A DNA stretch of 64,000 nt from Candidatus Limnocylindria bacterium. Its GTDB lineage: Bacteria; Chloroflexota; Limnocylindria; QHBO01. Location of the stretch: contig DATBJR010000048.1 in NCBI GenBank assembly GCA_036556325.1, positions 299-64,298 on the forward strand, read 5' to 3'. Shown one piece after another: positions 38,356 through 46,828 of this stretch; positions within the stretch are counted from its first letter, which is position 1, and each line of letters starts with the position of its first letter. The notes under the pieces were generated by a model, which was given only the letters and a program-made list of their open reading frames with translations, made no database searches and had not been told where the DNA came from. The translations under genes and the position numbers were made by a program.

Positions 38356-38408
38356 ACGTGGCCGCCCGCCCTGGCGGACGGACGGCCCCAACCGCTGGGG
38401 AAGCGGGC

Positions 38409-39131
38409 TCAGTTGAACCTGAAGGTGCCGCCCTGCGGGCCGCGTCGCTCACGCAGCCGATGCATTGGCGGCTCGCCACCGGCATCCAGCCAGGCCGCGA
38501 TGCGGTCATGGACGCCATCGGCCCGTGCCTGGTCGAGGCCTTTGTCGACCGCGGCCTTCAGGTCCGCGTCCACGGCGGCCAGGACATCGGCCTTGACCTT
38601 GCCGTAATCGACGTCCTGGTCCGCCGAGATGTCCTGCAGGCTGTCACCGTTGGACATCCTGGCGATCAGGTCGCTGCTGTCCAGGTCGAGGGCATCCGCC
38701 GCGGCGTCCAGGACATCGGCGTGGACGAAGCCACGGCCGAACCCGTGGACGTAGGCCCGACCCAGGCCACCCAGGAACCCGCAGCCGGGGTCGGTGATGG
38801 CGTCGATGCGATCCTTCAGCTGTGCCCCGCGGTCGGCGTCGAGGTCGCCGCCCTTGACCGCGGCGTCGATTGCCGCCTTGGCAGCGGCCTTGGCCGCCGG
38901 CAGAAGATCGCCGCGATCGACGCCGAGCTCGCGGGCGAAGGCATCGAGATAGACGTCGCAGTATTCACTGGCCGCGCCGGCCAGTGGCCGGCCCGGCTCG
39001 ACGCTGATCCGGGGCGACGCTGCCGCTGACGGCGTGCGCGGCGCGGCCAGTACGCCACCGATCAGGGTCCCGCCAACGACGCTGGCGAGCACCAGGATGC
39101 CGGCGCCACCGGCCAGCTTCGCAATCCGCAT
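38409..39131 (-). CDS. Membrane-anchored/exported repeat protein of unknown function (DUF2680/YckD-like helical repeats)
   Basis: N-terminal TM MRIAKLAGGAGILVLASVVGGTLIGGVLAA. There are two related helical repeats: AAIDAAVKGGDLDADRGAQLKDRIDA and DADLKAAVDKGLDQARADGVHDRIAA. GGAG lies 11 nt upstream of ATG 39131. ATG 39164 is the alternative. Confidence 0.6.
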   Translation of the reverse strand: MRIAKLAGGAGILVLASVVGGTLIGGVLAAPRTPSAAASPRISVEPGRPLAGAASEYCDVYLDAFARELGVDRGDLLPAAKAAAKAAIDAAVKGGDLDADRGAQLKDRIDAITDPGCGFLGGLGRAYVHGFGRGFVHADVLDAAADALDLDSSDLIARMSNGDSLQDISADQDVDYGKVKADVLAAVDADLKAAVDKGLDQARADGVHDRIAAWLDAGGEPPMHRLRERRGPQGGTFRFN

Positions 39132-39238
39132 GAATCCGGTACTCCACGTTGCGTGAGTCCCCATCCTGGGGCGGGAGCCGTGAAGAACGGGTCAAGATCG
39201 GCTGCTCGGCTCTTCACAACCTCTGAATCGCGCGCGAC

Positions 39239-39244
39239 TACGAT
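39239..39244 (+). promoter_or_regulatory. -10-like TACGAT, 8 nt before ATG 39253
   Basis: Read directly. There is no SD. Confidence 0.4.
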
Positions 39245-39252
39245 GCGGCGCC

Positions 39253-39957
39253 ATGAAGGCCCGGATCCTGATCGTGGAGGACGAGCCGCGGCTGCGTGAG
39301 CTGCTGCGCCTCTACCTCGAGCGCGACGGCCACGCCGTGGCGGAAGCGGCTGAAGGTGCGACCGCCCTCGCCACCTTCGAACGGGACGGTGCGGACCTGG
39401 TGGTGCTTGACCTGATGTTGCCCGGCCTGCAGGGCGAGGCAGTGCTGGACGCGATCCGTCAGGCCGGTGACGTGCCCGTCCTGATCACCAGCGCCAAGGC
39501 GTCGGATGCCGAGCGGATTGCAGGCCTGCGACTGGGAGCCGATGACTACCTGGCCAAGCCCTTCAATCCGCACGAGCTGACGGCGCGGGTGGCGGCCATC
39601 CTGCGCCGCGCGCGCCCGGCGGCCGAGGTTGACGCGGTGCTCTCCTTCGCGGACCGCCGCCTGGTGGTGGACCCGGGCTCGCGACGGTTCACGCTGGCCG
39701 ATGGAGCCGCAGGCCGGCTGACGCCTGGCGAAACCGGGCTGCTCCTGGCGCTGGCTCGCCGGCCGGGCGCGGTGCTGTCCCGCGACCAGCTGTTGGATGC
39801 CGTGGCGCGCCGGCCGGACGAGGTCTACCAGCGGGTCGTGGACGTGCACGTGGCGAACCTGCGTCGCAAGCTGCATGACGACGCCGGCAGCCCGTGGCTG
39901 ATCGAGACGGTGCCGGCCGCCGGCTACCGGCTGGTCGCCGCGCTGGACGACGCATGA
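39253..39957 (+). CDS. OmpR-family response regulator
   Basis: ILIVEDEP, VVLDLMLPG and the winged-helix ETVPAAGYRL. Confidence 0.95.
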   Translation: MKARILIVEDEPRLRELLRLYLERDGHAVAEAAEGATALATFERDGADLVVLDLMLPGLQGEAVLDAIRQAGDVPVLITSAKASDAERIAGLRLGADDYLAKPFNPHELTARVAAILRRARPAAEVDAVLSFADRRLVVDPGSRRFTLADGAAGRLTPGETGLLLALARRPGAVLSRDQLLDAVARRPDEVYQRVVDVHVANLRRKLHDDAGSPWLIETVPAAGYRLVAALDDA

Positions 39958-41264
39958 AGGGCCAGCCGCTGTCCGTCCGGCTGGCGCTCCTGCTGGCGGT
40001 GGCGGTCGTTGCCGTGCTGCTCCTGGGTGGGGTGGTGGTCAACCAGCTCGTCTCGCGCAGTCTGGAAGACGAGCTGAGCGCCGCGCAGCGTGACCGGGTG
40101 GAGCTGCTCGCCCAGCAGCTCGCGTCCTTCAACCTGCCGTCAGCCTTGCGCCGTCCGGGGGCTCAGCTGGTCCTGGACCGGATCGCCCGCTCCGTCGGAG
40201 GGCGGCTGCAGGTCGTCGACAGCTCGGGCGCCGCGCTGCTGACGGCGGGGGCCGCGCCCGACGACGGCGCAGCCGCGAGCCTGGAGGAGCCGATTGCGGG
40301 CACGCCCTACACATTGCTGCTGGACGTGCCCTCCGCGACCCGTCCCTTCCTGCGCGTCTTCAACATCACGCTGCTGGTGGCGGGCGTGCTGGCCGTCATC
40401 GCGCTGGTGGTGGTTGCCGCGCTGCTCTCCGACCGCCTCACCCGGCCGTTGCGCGGCGTCGCGGCCGCCGCCCGCCGCCTCGGTGCCGGCGACCTTTCCG
40501 CGCGGGCCGAGGGCGGATCGGATCGCGAGTCGTCTGAGCTGGCCGATGCCTTCAACAACATGGCCGCGCGCCTGGAGCAATCGGAGACGCTGCGGCGGCG
40601 TGCCGCGAGCGACGCGGCACATGACCTGGCCACGCCGGCCACCGTGCTGGAATCGCAGCTGCAGGCCATGCTCGACGGCGTCGTTCCGGCTGATGCCGAG
40701 CAGCTGGGCCACGCGCGTGCCGCAGCCGGGGCGTTGAGCTCGGTTGTCGCCCAGCTGCGCGACCTGGTGGACGTGGAGGCTGCGCCCATTCTGCGCAAGC
40801 CAGCTCCGGTCGCGGTCATCGAGCTGGTCGGGGATGCCCAGCTTGCCCTGGAGCCGCTCTTCCGCGACCGAAGGATCAGCCTGACCGTGGAGGTCGCCGC
40901 CACGCTCATGGTGACGGTCGATCGCGCGCAGGTCAGTCGAGCCTTGCGCAACGTGCTGACCAATGCCGCCCAGCACGCACCGGAGGGGTCGGAGGTCAGC
41001 GTGGTCGCCGAGGCGGCAGCGGAGGCCGTCGTCATCCGCGTGACCGACGCCGGGCCGGGCATTGCACACGAAGACGCCCCGCACGTCTTCGAGCGATTCT
41101 ATCGCGCGGATCGCGCGCGCTCCGGGGGCGCGGCCAGCGCCGGCAGCGGCATCGGCCTGACCATCGCACGCGAGCTCGTCCGCGCCAATCACGGCGACGT
41201 GCGCCTGGAGGCGAGCGCCCCCGGCCGCACGGTCTTCGCCATCCAGCTGCCGCCGACTGGGTAG
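39954..41264 (+). CDS. Sensor histidine kinase (TM-HAMP-HisKA-HATPase)
   Basis: ATGA overlap with the regulator. H-box AASDAAHDLATP, N-box NVLTNAAQHAP, G-boxes DAGPGI and GSGIGLTIAREL. Confidence 0.93.
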   Translation: MKGQPLSVRLALLLAVAVVAVLLLGGVVVNQLVSRSLEDELSAAQRDRVELLAQQLASFNLPSALRRPGAQLVLDRIARSVGGRLQVVDSSGAALLTAGAAPDDGAAASLEEPIAGTPYTLLLDVPSATRPFLRVFNITLLVAGVLAVIALVVVAALLSDRLTRPLRGVAAAARRLGAGDLSARAEGGSDRESSELADAFNNMAARLEQSETLRRRAASDAAHDLATPATVLESQLQAMLDGVVPADAEQLGHARAAAGALSSVVAQLRDLVDVEAAPILRKPAPVAVIELVGDAQLALEPLFRDRRISLTVEVAATLMVTVDRAQVSRALRNVLTNAAQHAPEGSEVSVVAEAAAEAVVIRVTDAGPGIAHEDAPHVFERFYRADRARSGGAASAGSGIGLTIARELVRANHGDVRLEASAPGRTVFAIQLPPTG

Positions 41265-41355
41265 GTCTGTGGCGGGGGAACGAGGAACGCATGGGAAGTC
41301 ACCGGCCGAGCCGCTGACTACCCCCGGCCCATCCTCGGCGGCGCCGCACGGGCGC

Positions 41356-41922
41356 TCAGCTCGCGGGCGGATCCCAGGCGCGTCGCCGATCGAGCGCCAG
41401 CCAGTCATCGCGCAGGATGGACATCAGGTGCACGTCGTGGTGCTCGCCGTGATGGAAGCGCGCATGGCGCAGGACCGCATCGATCTGGAAGCCGGCCTTC
41501 TGGTACGAGCGCTGCGCGCGTAGATTGAAGTCGAAGACGTGCAGGTAGATCCGCTCCAGGCGCAGCTCGCCGAAGCCGAAGTCCACCAGGCAGTTGAGGG
41601 CATCGGTGCCGAGACCCTGGCCCTGGAGTGACTTGTCACTGATGACGATGGCCAGCTCGGCGCTGCCGTTCTCGCGGTCGAGATTCCGCAGGTTGACCGA
41701 GCCCACGCGCCGATCGTCGCCGAGCAGACAGATCGTGAATGCCCATATCGTGTTGCCCAGCTGCGACAGCATCTGCTGGGCAAATTGCTCCGCGCCCTCG
41801 GGGCTGATGGGCTGCTTCAGCCCGAGGAAGTGGCCGGTCTCGGCATCGCTGACGGCCGGCGCCTCCTCCACGAAATCGGCCTTGGTCGCCGCGCGCAGCC
41901 ACACCCGCTCTCCCCGGAGCAT
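41356..41922 (-). CDS. GNAT acetyltransferase (RimJ/RimL-like)
   Basis: LRNLDRENGSAELAIVISDKSLQGQGLGTDAL...FNLRAQRSYQKAGF. The start is ATG 41922, or the in-frame GTG 41952. Confidence 0.85.
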   Translation of the reverse strand: MLRGERVWLRAATKADFVEEAPAVSDAETGHFLGLKQPISPEGAEQFAQQMLSQLGNTIWAFTICLLGDDRRVGSVNLRNLDRENGSAELAIVISDKSLQGQGLGTDALNCLVDFGFGELRLERIYLHVFDFNLRAQRSYQKAGFQIDAVLRHARFHHGEHHDVHLMSILRDDWLALDRRRAWDPPAS

Positions 41923-42010
41923 GGGCAGGTAGGGCTTGTCGTCGGGTGGCACCCACCGATGATACCGGCCGGTTGCGTGGCGGACCCGCCGCGCGTACCG
42001 TGCCGACACG

Positions 42011-42931
42011 ATGGATCGTGCCCTCGTCGACTGGTTCCGGCGTTTTCCAGAGGGCTGGTGGGGATACCACTGGTCGCTGCCGCAGCCGATGAGCTCCGTC
42101 GAGATCGTCCGAGCCGGCAGCCTGGATGCCCGGCTGATGGCCACCCTCTGGGCCGTCATGGCGCGCCGCCGCGGCGTGATGCTCGCCAGCGAGGCGCCCC
42201 AGGCCGGCAAGACCACCACCCTGTCGGCGCTGGTCGACTTCCTGCCCGATCGCACCGTTGGCGTCTTCCTGCGGGGCTGGGCGCAGGACATGAGCTGGAC
42301 CGACGAGATCGGGCCCGACCGCGGCTTCCTGCTGGTCAACGAGCTGAGCGACCACCTGCCGATCTACGTCTGGGGTCCGAACGCGCGTGCCGCCCTGCAG
42401 CTGGCCGGCTCGGGCTACGGCTTTGGCGGCACCATGCACGCCGATTCCCTGGACGAGGCGCTGGACTGCCTGCGAGGCGAGGTTGGTGCGGCCGATGCGG
42501 ACCTCGCCGGCCTCACTGTCTACCTCCAGTACTCGGCCTACCGCACGCCGGGCGGCATGTACCGCCGCGTCGAGGAGGCCTGGCATCTGCCGCTGGATGC
42601 CGATGGCGCCCTGGCACCGGTCCGCCTGGCGGCACTGGCCGGTGGCCGCTCGCCGCGGCTCACCGGCGCCCAGCGGTTGCCGGTGCCACCGATCCTGGCC
42701 ACCGACGGCGGCCGCCGGGCGCGCGCCCTGGAGCATGACCCCGCGGCGTACGAGGTGCTGGCCACGTCGCTGGGCATCAGCAGCCGGACCCTGGAGGCGG
42801 AGCTCACCCAGCGCGCCGGGTTCCTGCTGGCGCTGGCTGACCGCGGCATCTGCTCCCCACCGGATGTGGCGCGCGCCGTCCTCGATTACCCGACCCTGCC
42901 CGACACCGCGATCGAAGGAGCCAGCGCATGA
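42011..42931 (+). CDS. Stand-alone secretion-type (T2SSE/VirB11/CpaF-like) P-loop ATPase core, no secretion partners
   Basis: 306 aa. Walker A-like SEAPQAGKTTTLSALVDFLP, family-type Walker B GFLLVNELSD, and His-box GYGFGGTMHADSLDEALDCL. Confidence 0.75.
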   Translation: MDRALVDWFRRFPEGWWGYHWSLPQPMSSVEIVRAGSLDARLMATLWAVMARRRGVMLASEAPQAGKTTTLSALVDFLPDRTVGVFLRGWAQDMSWTDEIGPDRGFLLVNELSDHLPIYVWGPNARAALQLAGSGYGFGGTMHADSLDEALDCLRGEVGAADADLAGLTVYLQYSAYRTPGGMYRRVEEAWHLPLDADGALAPVRLAALAGGRSPRLTGAQRLPVPPILATDGGRRARALEHDPAAYEVLATSLGISSRTLEAELTQRAGFLLALADRGICSPPDVARAVLDYPTLPDTAIEGASA

Positions 42932-44343
42932 CCGAGTCGCCATCCATCCGCACCCTGGGCGAGCTGCGCGCCAGCGGCTACCGGGCGCGGGGCGTCAAGG
43001 CCGAGATGCGCGGCAACCTGCTGCGCATGCTCCGCGCCGGCGAACCGCTGCTGCCGGGCATCCTGGGCTACGACGACACGGTCCTGCCGCAGATCGAGAA
43101 CGCGGTCCTGGCCGGCCAGGACGTGATCCTGCTGGGAGAGCGGGGCCAGGCCAAGAGCCGGATCGCGCGGTCGCTCGTCACGCTGCTGGATGAGTGGGTG
43201 CCGGAGGTGGCCGGCGCGGAACTGCACGACGACCCGCTGCGACCGGTGAGCGCGTACGCGCGGGCCCTGGTCGCCGAGCAGGGCGACGAGACACCCGTCG
43301 CCTGGCTGCACCGCGACCACCGCTATGGCGAGAAGCTGGCCACGCCAGACATCACCATTGCCGACCTGGTCGGCGAGGTCGATCCGGTGAAGGTGGCCGA
43401 GGGGCGGTACCTCTCCGACGAGCTGACGATCCACTACGGGCTGCTGCCGCGCACCAACCGGGGCATCTTCGCCATGAACGAGCTGCCCGATTTGGCCGAG
43501 CGGATCCAGGTGGGCCTGCTCAACCTGATGGAGGAGCGCGACGTCCAGATCCGCGGCTACAAGGTCCGGCTGGAGCTCGACCTGTTCGTCATCGCCTCGG
43601 CCAACCCGGAGGACTACACCAGCCGCGGGCGGATCATCACGCCGCTCAAGGACCGCTTCGGCGCGCAGATCCGAACGCACTACCCGGAAGATCCCGAGGT
43701 CGAGATCGCGATCGTGGAGGCTGAGCGCACCGCGTTCGAGGACGAGGCCTCGGCCGAGGTGCCGGTCCACGTGCCTGGCTTCATGCGCGAGGTCATCGCC
43801 GAGCTCTCCCAGCTCGCGCGCCGCTCATCGGAGGTGAGCCAGCGGTCCGGGGTTAGCGTCCGCGTCACCATCGCGAACCACGAGACGCTGCTGGCGGCCG
43901 CCCTGAAGCGCGCCGTCCGGCTCGGCGAGCCCACCGCCGCGCCGCGGATCAGCGACCTGCCCGCCGTGATCGCCTCCACGGCCGGCAAGATCGAGCTCGA
44001 GACCCTGGGCGACGAGGCGCGGGAGGATAAGGTCATCGACAAGCTGGTCCAGCGCGCGGTGATCAACGTCTTCAACCGCCACTTCGTCATCTCCGAGCTC
44101 GCCGCCCTGATCGAGCGTTTCGAGGACGGCGCGGATGCGGAGGTGGGGGAGACCATCGGCTCGGACGTCCACGAGCGCCTGGTCGACGCGCTGCCGGAGC
44201 TGCGCCGCGCGGTGAGCCGGCTGGATGTCGGCGAGTCGCCCGCCGGCGTGGCGAGCGGCGTCGAGTTCGTCCTCGAGGGGCTTCACCTCAACCGACGGCT
44301 CAACAAGGAACGCCGCGGTGGCGGCATCCGCTACGCCCGCTGA
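42928..44343 (+). CDS. BchI/ChlI-like (Mg-chelatase I-type) AAA+ ATPase, deviant Walker motifs
   Basis: ATGA overlap with the upstream ORF. P-loop VILLGERGQAKSRIA, Walker B RGIFAMNELPDL, sensor/Arg-finger region ASANPEDYTSRGRIITPLKDRFG. Confidence 0.88.
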   Translation: MTESPSIRTLGELRASGYRARGVKAEMRGNLLRMLRAGEPLLPGILGYDDTVLPQIENAVLAGQDVILLGERGQAKSRIARSLVTLLDEWVPEVAGAELHDDPLRPVSAYARALVAEQGDETPVAWLHRDHRYGEKLATPDITIADLVGEVDPVKVAEGRYLSDELTIHYGLLPRTNRGIFAMNELPDLAERIQVGLLNLMEERDVQIRGYKVRLELDLFVIASANPEDYTSRGRIITPLKDRFGAQIRTHYPEDPEVEIAIVEAERTAFEDEASAEVPVHVPGFMREVIAELSQLARRSSEVSQRSGVSVRVTIANHETLLAAALKRAVRLGEPTAAPRISDLPAVIASTAGKIELETLGDEAREDKVIDKLVQRAVINVFNRHFVISELAALIERFEDGADAEVGETIGSDVHERLVDALPELRRAVSRLDVGESPAGVASGVEFVLEGLHLNRRLNKERRGGGIRYAR

Positions 44344-44383
44344 CCCCGGGCGCCGCCGGTCGGACGCCTTCCCGCGCGAGGCG

Positions 44384-44797
44384 GTGCTGGCCCTCGTGCG
44401 ACGCATGCCCGCCTACGCCCGCCTGGGCTGGGCGTTGGGCCGTGACCCGGCGCTGAGCGGCGGACGCCGCGCGGCCGTGCTGGCCGCTGCCGCCTACGTC
44501 GTCTCGCCCATCGACCTGGTGCCGGGGATCATCCCGCTGGCGGGGCAGCTCGACGATGCCGCAGTCGCGCTGCTGGGCCTGCGCTTCGCGCTGCGCGGCC
44601 TGCCGGCTTCCCGGCGCGACGCTCACCTGGCGGCGGCGGGCGTGACCGCGGCGCAGCTTGACCAGGATCTGTCGACGGTCCGGCAGAGCGCCGCCTGGCT
44701 CGCGCGAGGCGCGGGGCGGGTCAGCGCCCGGATCGGGGCCGGCGCGGGCCGGTTCGTAGGGCGGGGGCTGCGGGCCGCCTGGGGGAGGTGGCGGTGA
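44384..44797 (+). CDS. DUF1232 (YkvA-like) small membrane protein
   Basis: AAAYVVSPIDLVPGIIPLAGQLDDAAVALLGLRFAL is the DUF1232 core as I recall it. GTG 44384 is the first in-frame start after the AAA+ stop. ATG 44225 would overlap that gene by 119 nt. Confidence 0.7.
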   Translation: MLALVRRMPAYARLGWALGRDPALSGGRRAAVLAAAAYVVSPIDLVPGIIPLAGQLDDAAVALLGLRFALRGLPASRRDAHLAAAGVTAAQLDQDLSTVRQSAAWLARGAGRVSARIGAGAGRFVGRGLRAAWGRWR

Positions 44798-46827
44798 GCC
44801 TCTACCGCTACTCGCGCTGGGATGGCAGCCAGCAGCTGCCGCCGTTCGACGCCGACGACGTCCTGGATGCGCTGTCGGAGGACGTGCTCGCCGACGGCGA
44901 CATCCGGCGGGCGCTGCAGCGCCTCATGCAGCGCGGTATGCGCGGCATGCGTGGTGGCGACGTGCCTGGCCTGCGACGGATCGTGGACCGCCTTCGGCAG
45001 CGGCGTCAGGAGGAGCTGGAGCGCAGCAACCTGGACGGCGTGCTCGACGACCTCGCCGACCGGCTGGACGGCATCGTGGAGCAGGAGCGCTCGGGAATCG
45101 AGCAGCGGCTGCAGGCCGCGGAGCAATCCTCGCTCGACGCGCCGCCGGGGGAGGCACAGGACCGGGCGCGCATGGCCGAGCAGGTGCTGCGGCGAGCCGC
45201 GCAGCAGCGGCGCGACCGGTTGGACGCCCTGGGCCCCGGCCTGGCGGAACGGCTGCATGGCCTGCGCGACTACGAGTTCATGGATCCCGCCGCCCGCGAT
45301 GCGTTCAACGCCCTGACCGACGAGCTGCGGCAGCAGCTGATGCAGACCTACTTCCAGGGTCTCAAGGAGGGCGTGGCCGGCCTCACGCCGGAGGACCTCG
45401 ATGGGGTGCGGCAGATGGTTCGCGACCTGAACTCGCTGCTGGAGAAGCATGCGTCGGGAGCCGATACCCGCGCCGACTTCGAGGCCTTCATGGCCCAGCA
45501 CGGCCAGTACTTCCCGCCGGGCATCGCCAACGTGGACGAGCTGATCGAACACCTGCACCGCCAGGCCTCGCAGATGGCTTCCCTGCTCAACAGCATGAGC
45601 CCGCAGATGCGCGAGGAGCTGCAGCAGCTGATGGATGACCTGCTGCGCGACGATCGGCTGCGCTGGGACATGGCGCGCCTGGCGGGCAACCTCCAGGGGC
45701 TGCGCCCGGACCAGCCGTTCGGCGAACCCTACCCCTTCTCCGGCGACGAGCCGATGGGCCTGGTGGACGCCCTCTCCGCCATCGACCGGCAGCAGCAGTT
45801 CGACGCCATGGAGCAGGAGCTCCTCGGCGCCCGGGATCCCGACGCGCTCGACCACCTGGACGCCGAGCAGCTCAGGCAGCTCGCCGGTGAGGATGCGGAG
45901 GAAGATCTGGAGCGGCTCCGTGAGCTGACCCGGGCGCTGGAAGAGGCCGGCTACCTCGAACGGGACGGCGGTCGGCTGGAGCTGACCCCGCGCGCCGCAC
46001 GCCGGATGGGGATGCGGGCCCTGACCGAGATCTTCAGCCGGCTGCGGCGCGAGTCACTCGGCGGGCACCCGCTGCCGAGCGCCGGCGGCAGCGGCGAGCC
46101 GACTGACGAGACGAAGGCGTACGAGCACGGCGATCCCTTCGTGCTCGACCTCAACCGCACTCTCTTCAACGCCATGGCGCGCTCTGGCCCCGGCACGCCG
46201 CTGCAGCTGGCACCCGACGACTTCGAGGTCCGGCGCTCGGAGGAGGCCACCGTCTCGTCGACGGTCCTGCTGCTCGACATGAGCCGCTCGATGCTGCTGC
46301 GCGGCTGCTCCACGGCCGCCAAGCGCGTCGCCATGGCGCTGCACACGCTGATCCACACCCGCTACCCGCGCGACCGGCTCTACGTGGTCGGCTTCGCGTA
46401 CTACGCCCGCCAAATCAAGCCGGAGGCCATCGCCACGCTGTCGCCGTACGAATTCGAGTACGGGACCAACCTGCAGCACGCCCTGATGATCGCGCGCCAG
46501 CTCCTCGGCCGGCGCAGCGGCGGCAACAAGGAGATCGTGGTGATCACCGACGGCGAGCCGACCGCCCACATCGCCAACGGCCAGGTGGAGTTCGCCTACC
46601 CGCCGACGATCCACACCATGCAGTCGACGCTGCGCGAGGTCGGCCGGGCCACCAAGGAGGGCATCGTGATCAACACGTTCATGCTCGAGCGGTCGCGCTA
46701 CCTATCGGAGTTCGTGGACCTCATGAGCCGCATCAACCGCGGCCGCGCCTTCTACGTCGAGCCGGAGCACCTGGGCGAGTACGTGCTGGTCGACTACGTC
46801 GCCAAGAAGCGCCGGCGCGTGGCCTGA
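44794..46827 (+). CDS. Large coiled-coil / VWA-domain protein with intact MIDAS (chelatase D-like logic)
   Basis: GTGA overlap with the DUF1232 stop; GTG 44788 is the alternative. The N-terminus reads SLYRYSRWDGSQ, followed by about 440 aa rich in Arg/Glu/Asp/Gln/Leu. The C-terminal VWA has LLLDMSRSM, YGTNLQ and VITDGEPT. Confidence 0.88.
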   Translation: MSLYRYSRWDGSQQLPPFDADDVLDALSEDVLADGDIRRALQRLMQRGMRGMRGGDVPGLRRIVDRLRQRRQEELERSNLDGVLDDLADRLDGIVEQERSGIEQRLQAAEQSSLDAPPGEAQDRARMAEQVLRRAAQQRRDRLDALGPGLAERLHGLRDYEFMDPAARDAFNALTDELRQQLMQTYFQGLKEGVAGLTPEDLDGVRQMVRDLNSLLEKHASGADTRADFEAFMAQHGQYFPPGIANVDELIEHLHRQASQMASLLNSMSPQMREELQQLMDDLLRDDRLRWDMARLAGNLQGLRPDQPFGEPYPFSGDEPMGLVDALSAIDRQQQFDAMEQELLGARDPDALDHLDAEQLRQLAGEDAEEDLERLRELTRALEEAGYLERDGGRLELTPRAARRMGMRALTEIFSRLRRESLGGHPLPSAGGSGEPTDETKAYEHGDPFVLDLNRTLFNAMARSGPGTPLQLAPDDFEVRRSEEATVSSTVLLLDMSRSMLLRGCSTAAKRVAMALHTLIHTRYPRDRLYVVGFAYYARQIKPEAIATLSPYEFEYGTNLQHALMIARQLLGRRSGGNKEIVVITDGEPTAHIANGQVEFAYPPTIHTMQSTLREVGRATKEGIVINTFMLERSRYLSEFVDLMSRINRGRAFYVEPEHLGEYVLVDYVAKKRRRVA

Positions 46828-46828
46828 C

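Noticed and set aside
42011-42931. Interpreting the T2SSE-like ATPase as part of a type II/IV secretion or pilus system
   Set aside because: There are no pilin, prepilin peptidase, platform, secretin or VirB/Tad genes within the 64 kb. The protein lacks the N-terminal domain of GspE/PilB/VirB11. It is translationally coupled to the AAA+ gene instead.
42928-46827. Reading the AAA+/VWA pair as a genuine Mg- or Co-chelatase (BchI/BchD, CobS/CobT)
   Set aside because: There is no BchH/ChlH/CobN-type large subunit and no tetrapyrrole or cobalamin genes in the window. The VWA protein lacks the AAA-like N-domain of BchD. The Walker motifs are deviant. I therefore call it chelatase-like only.
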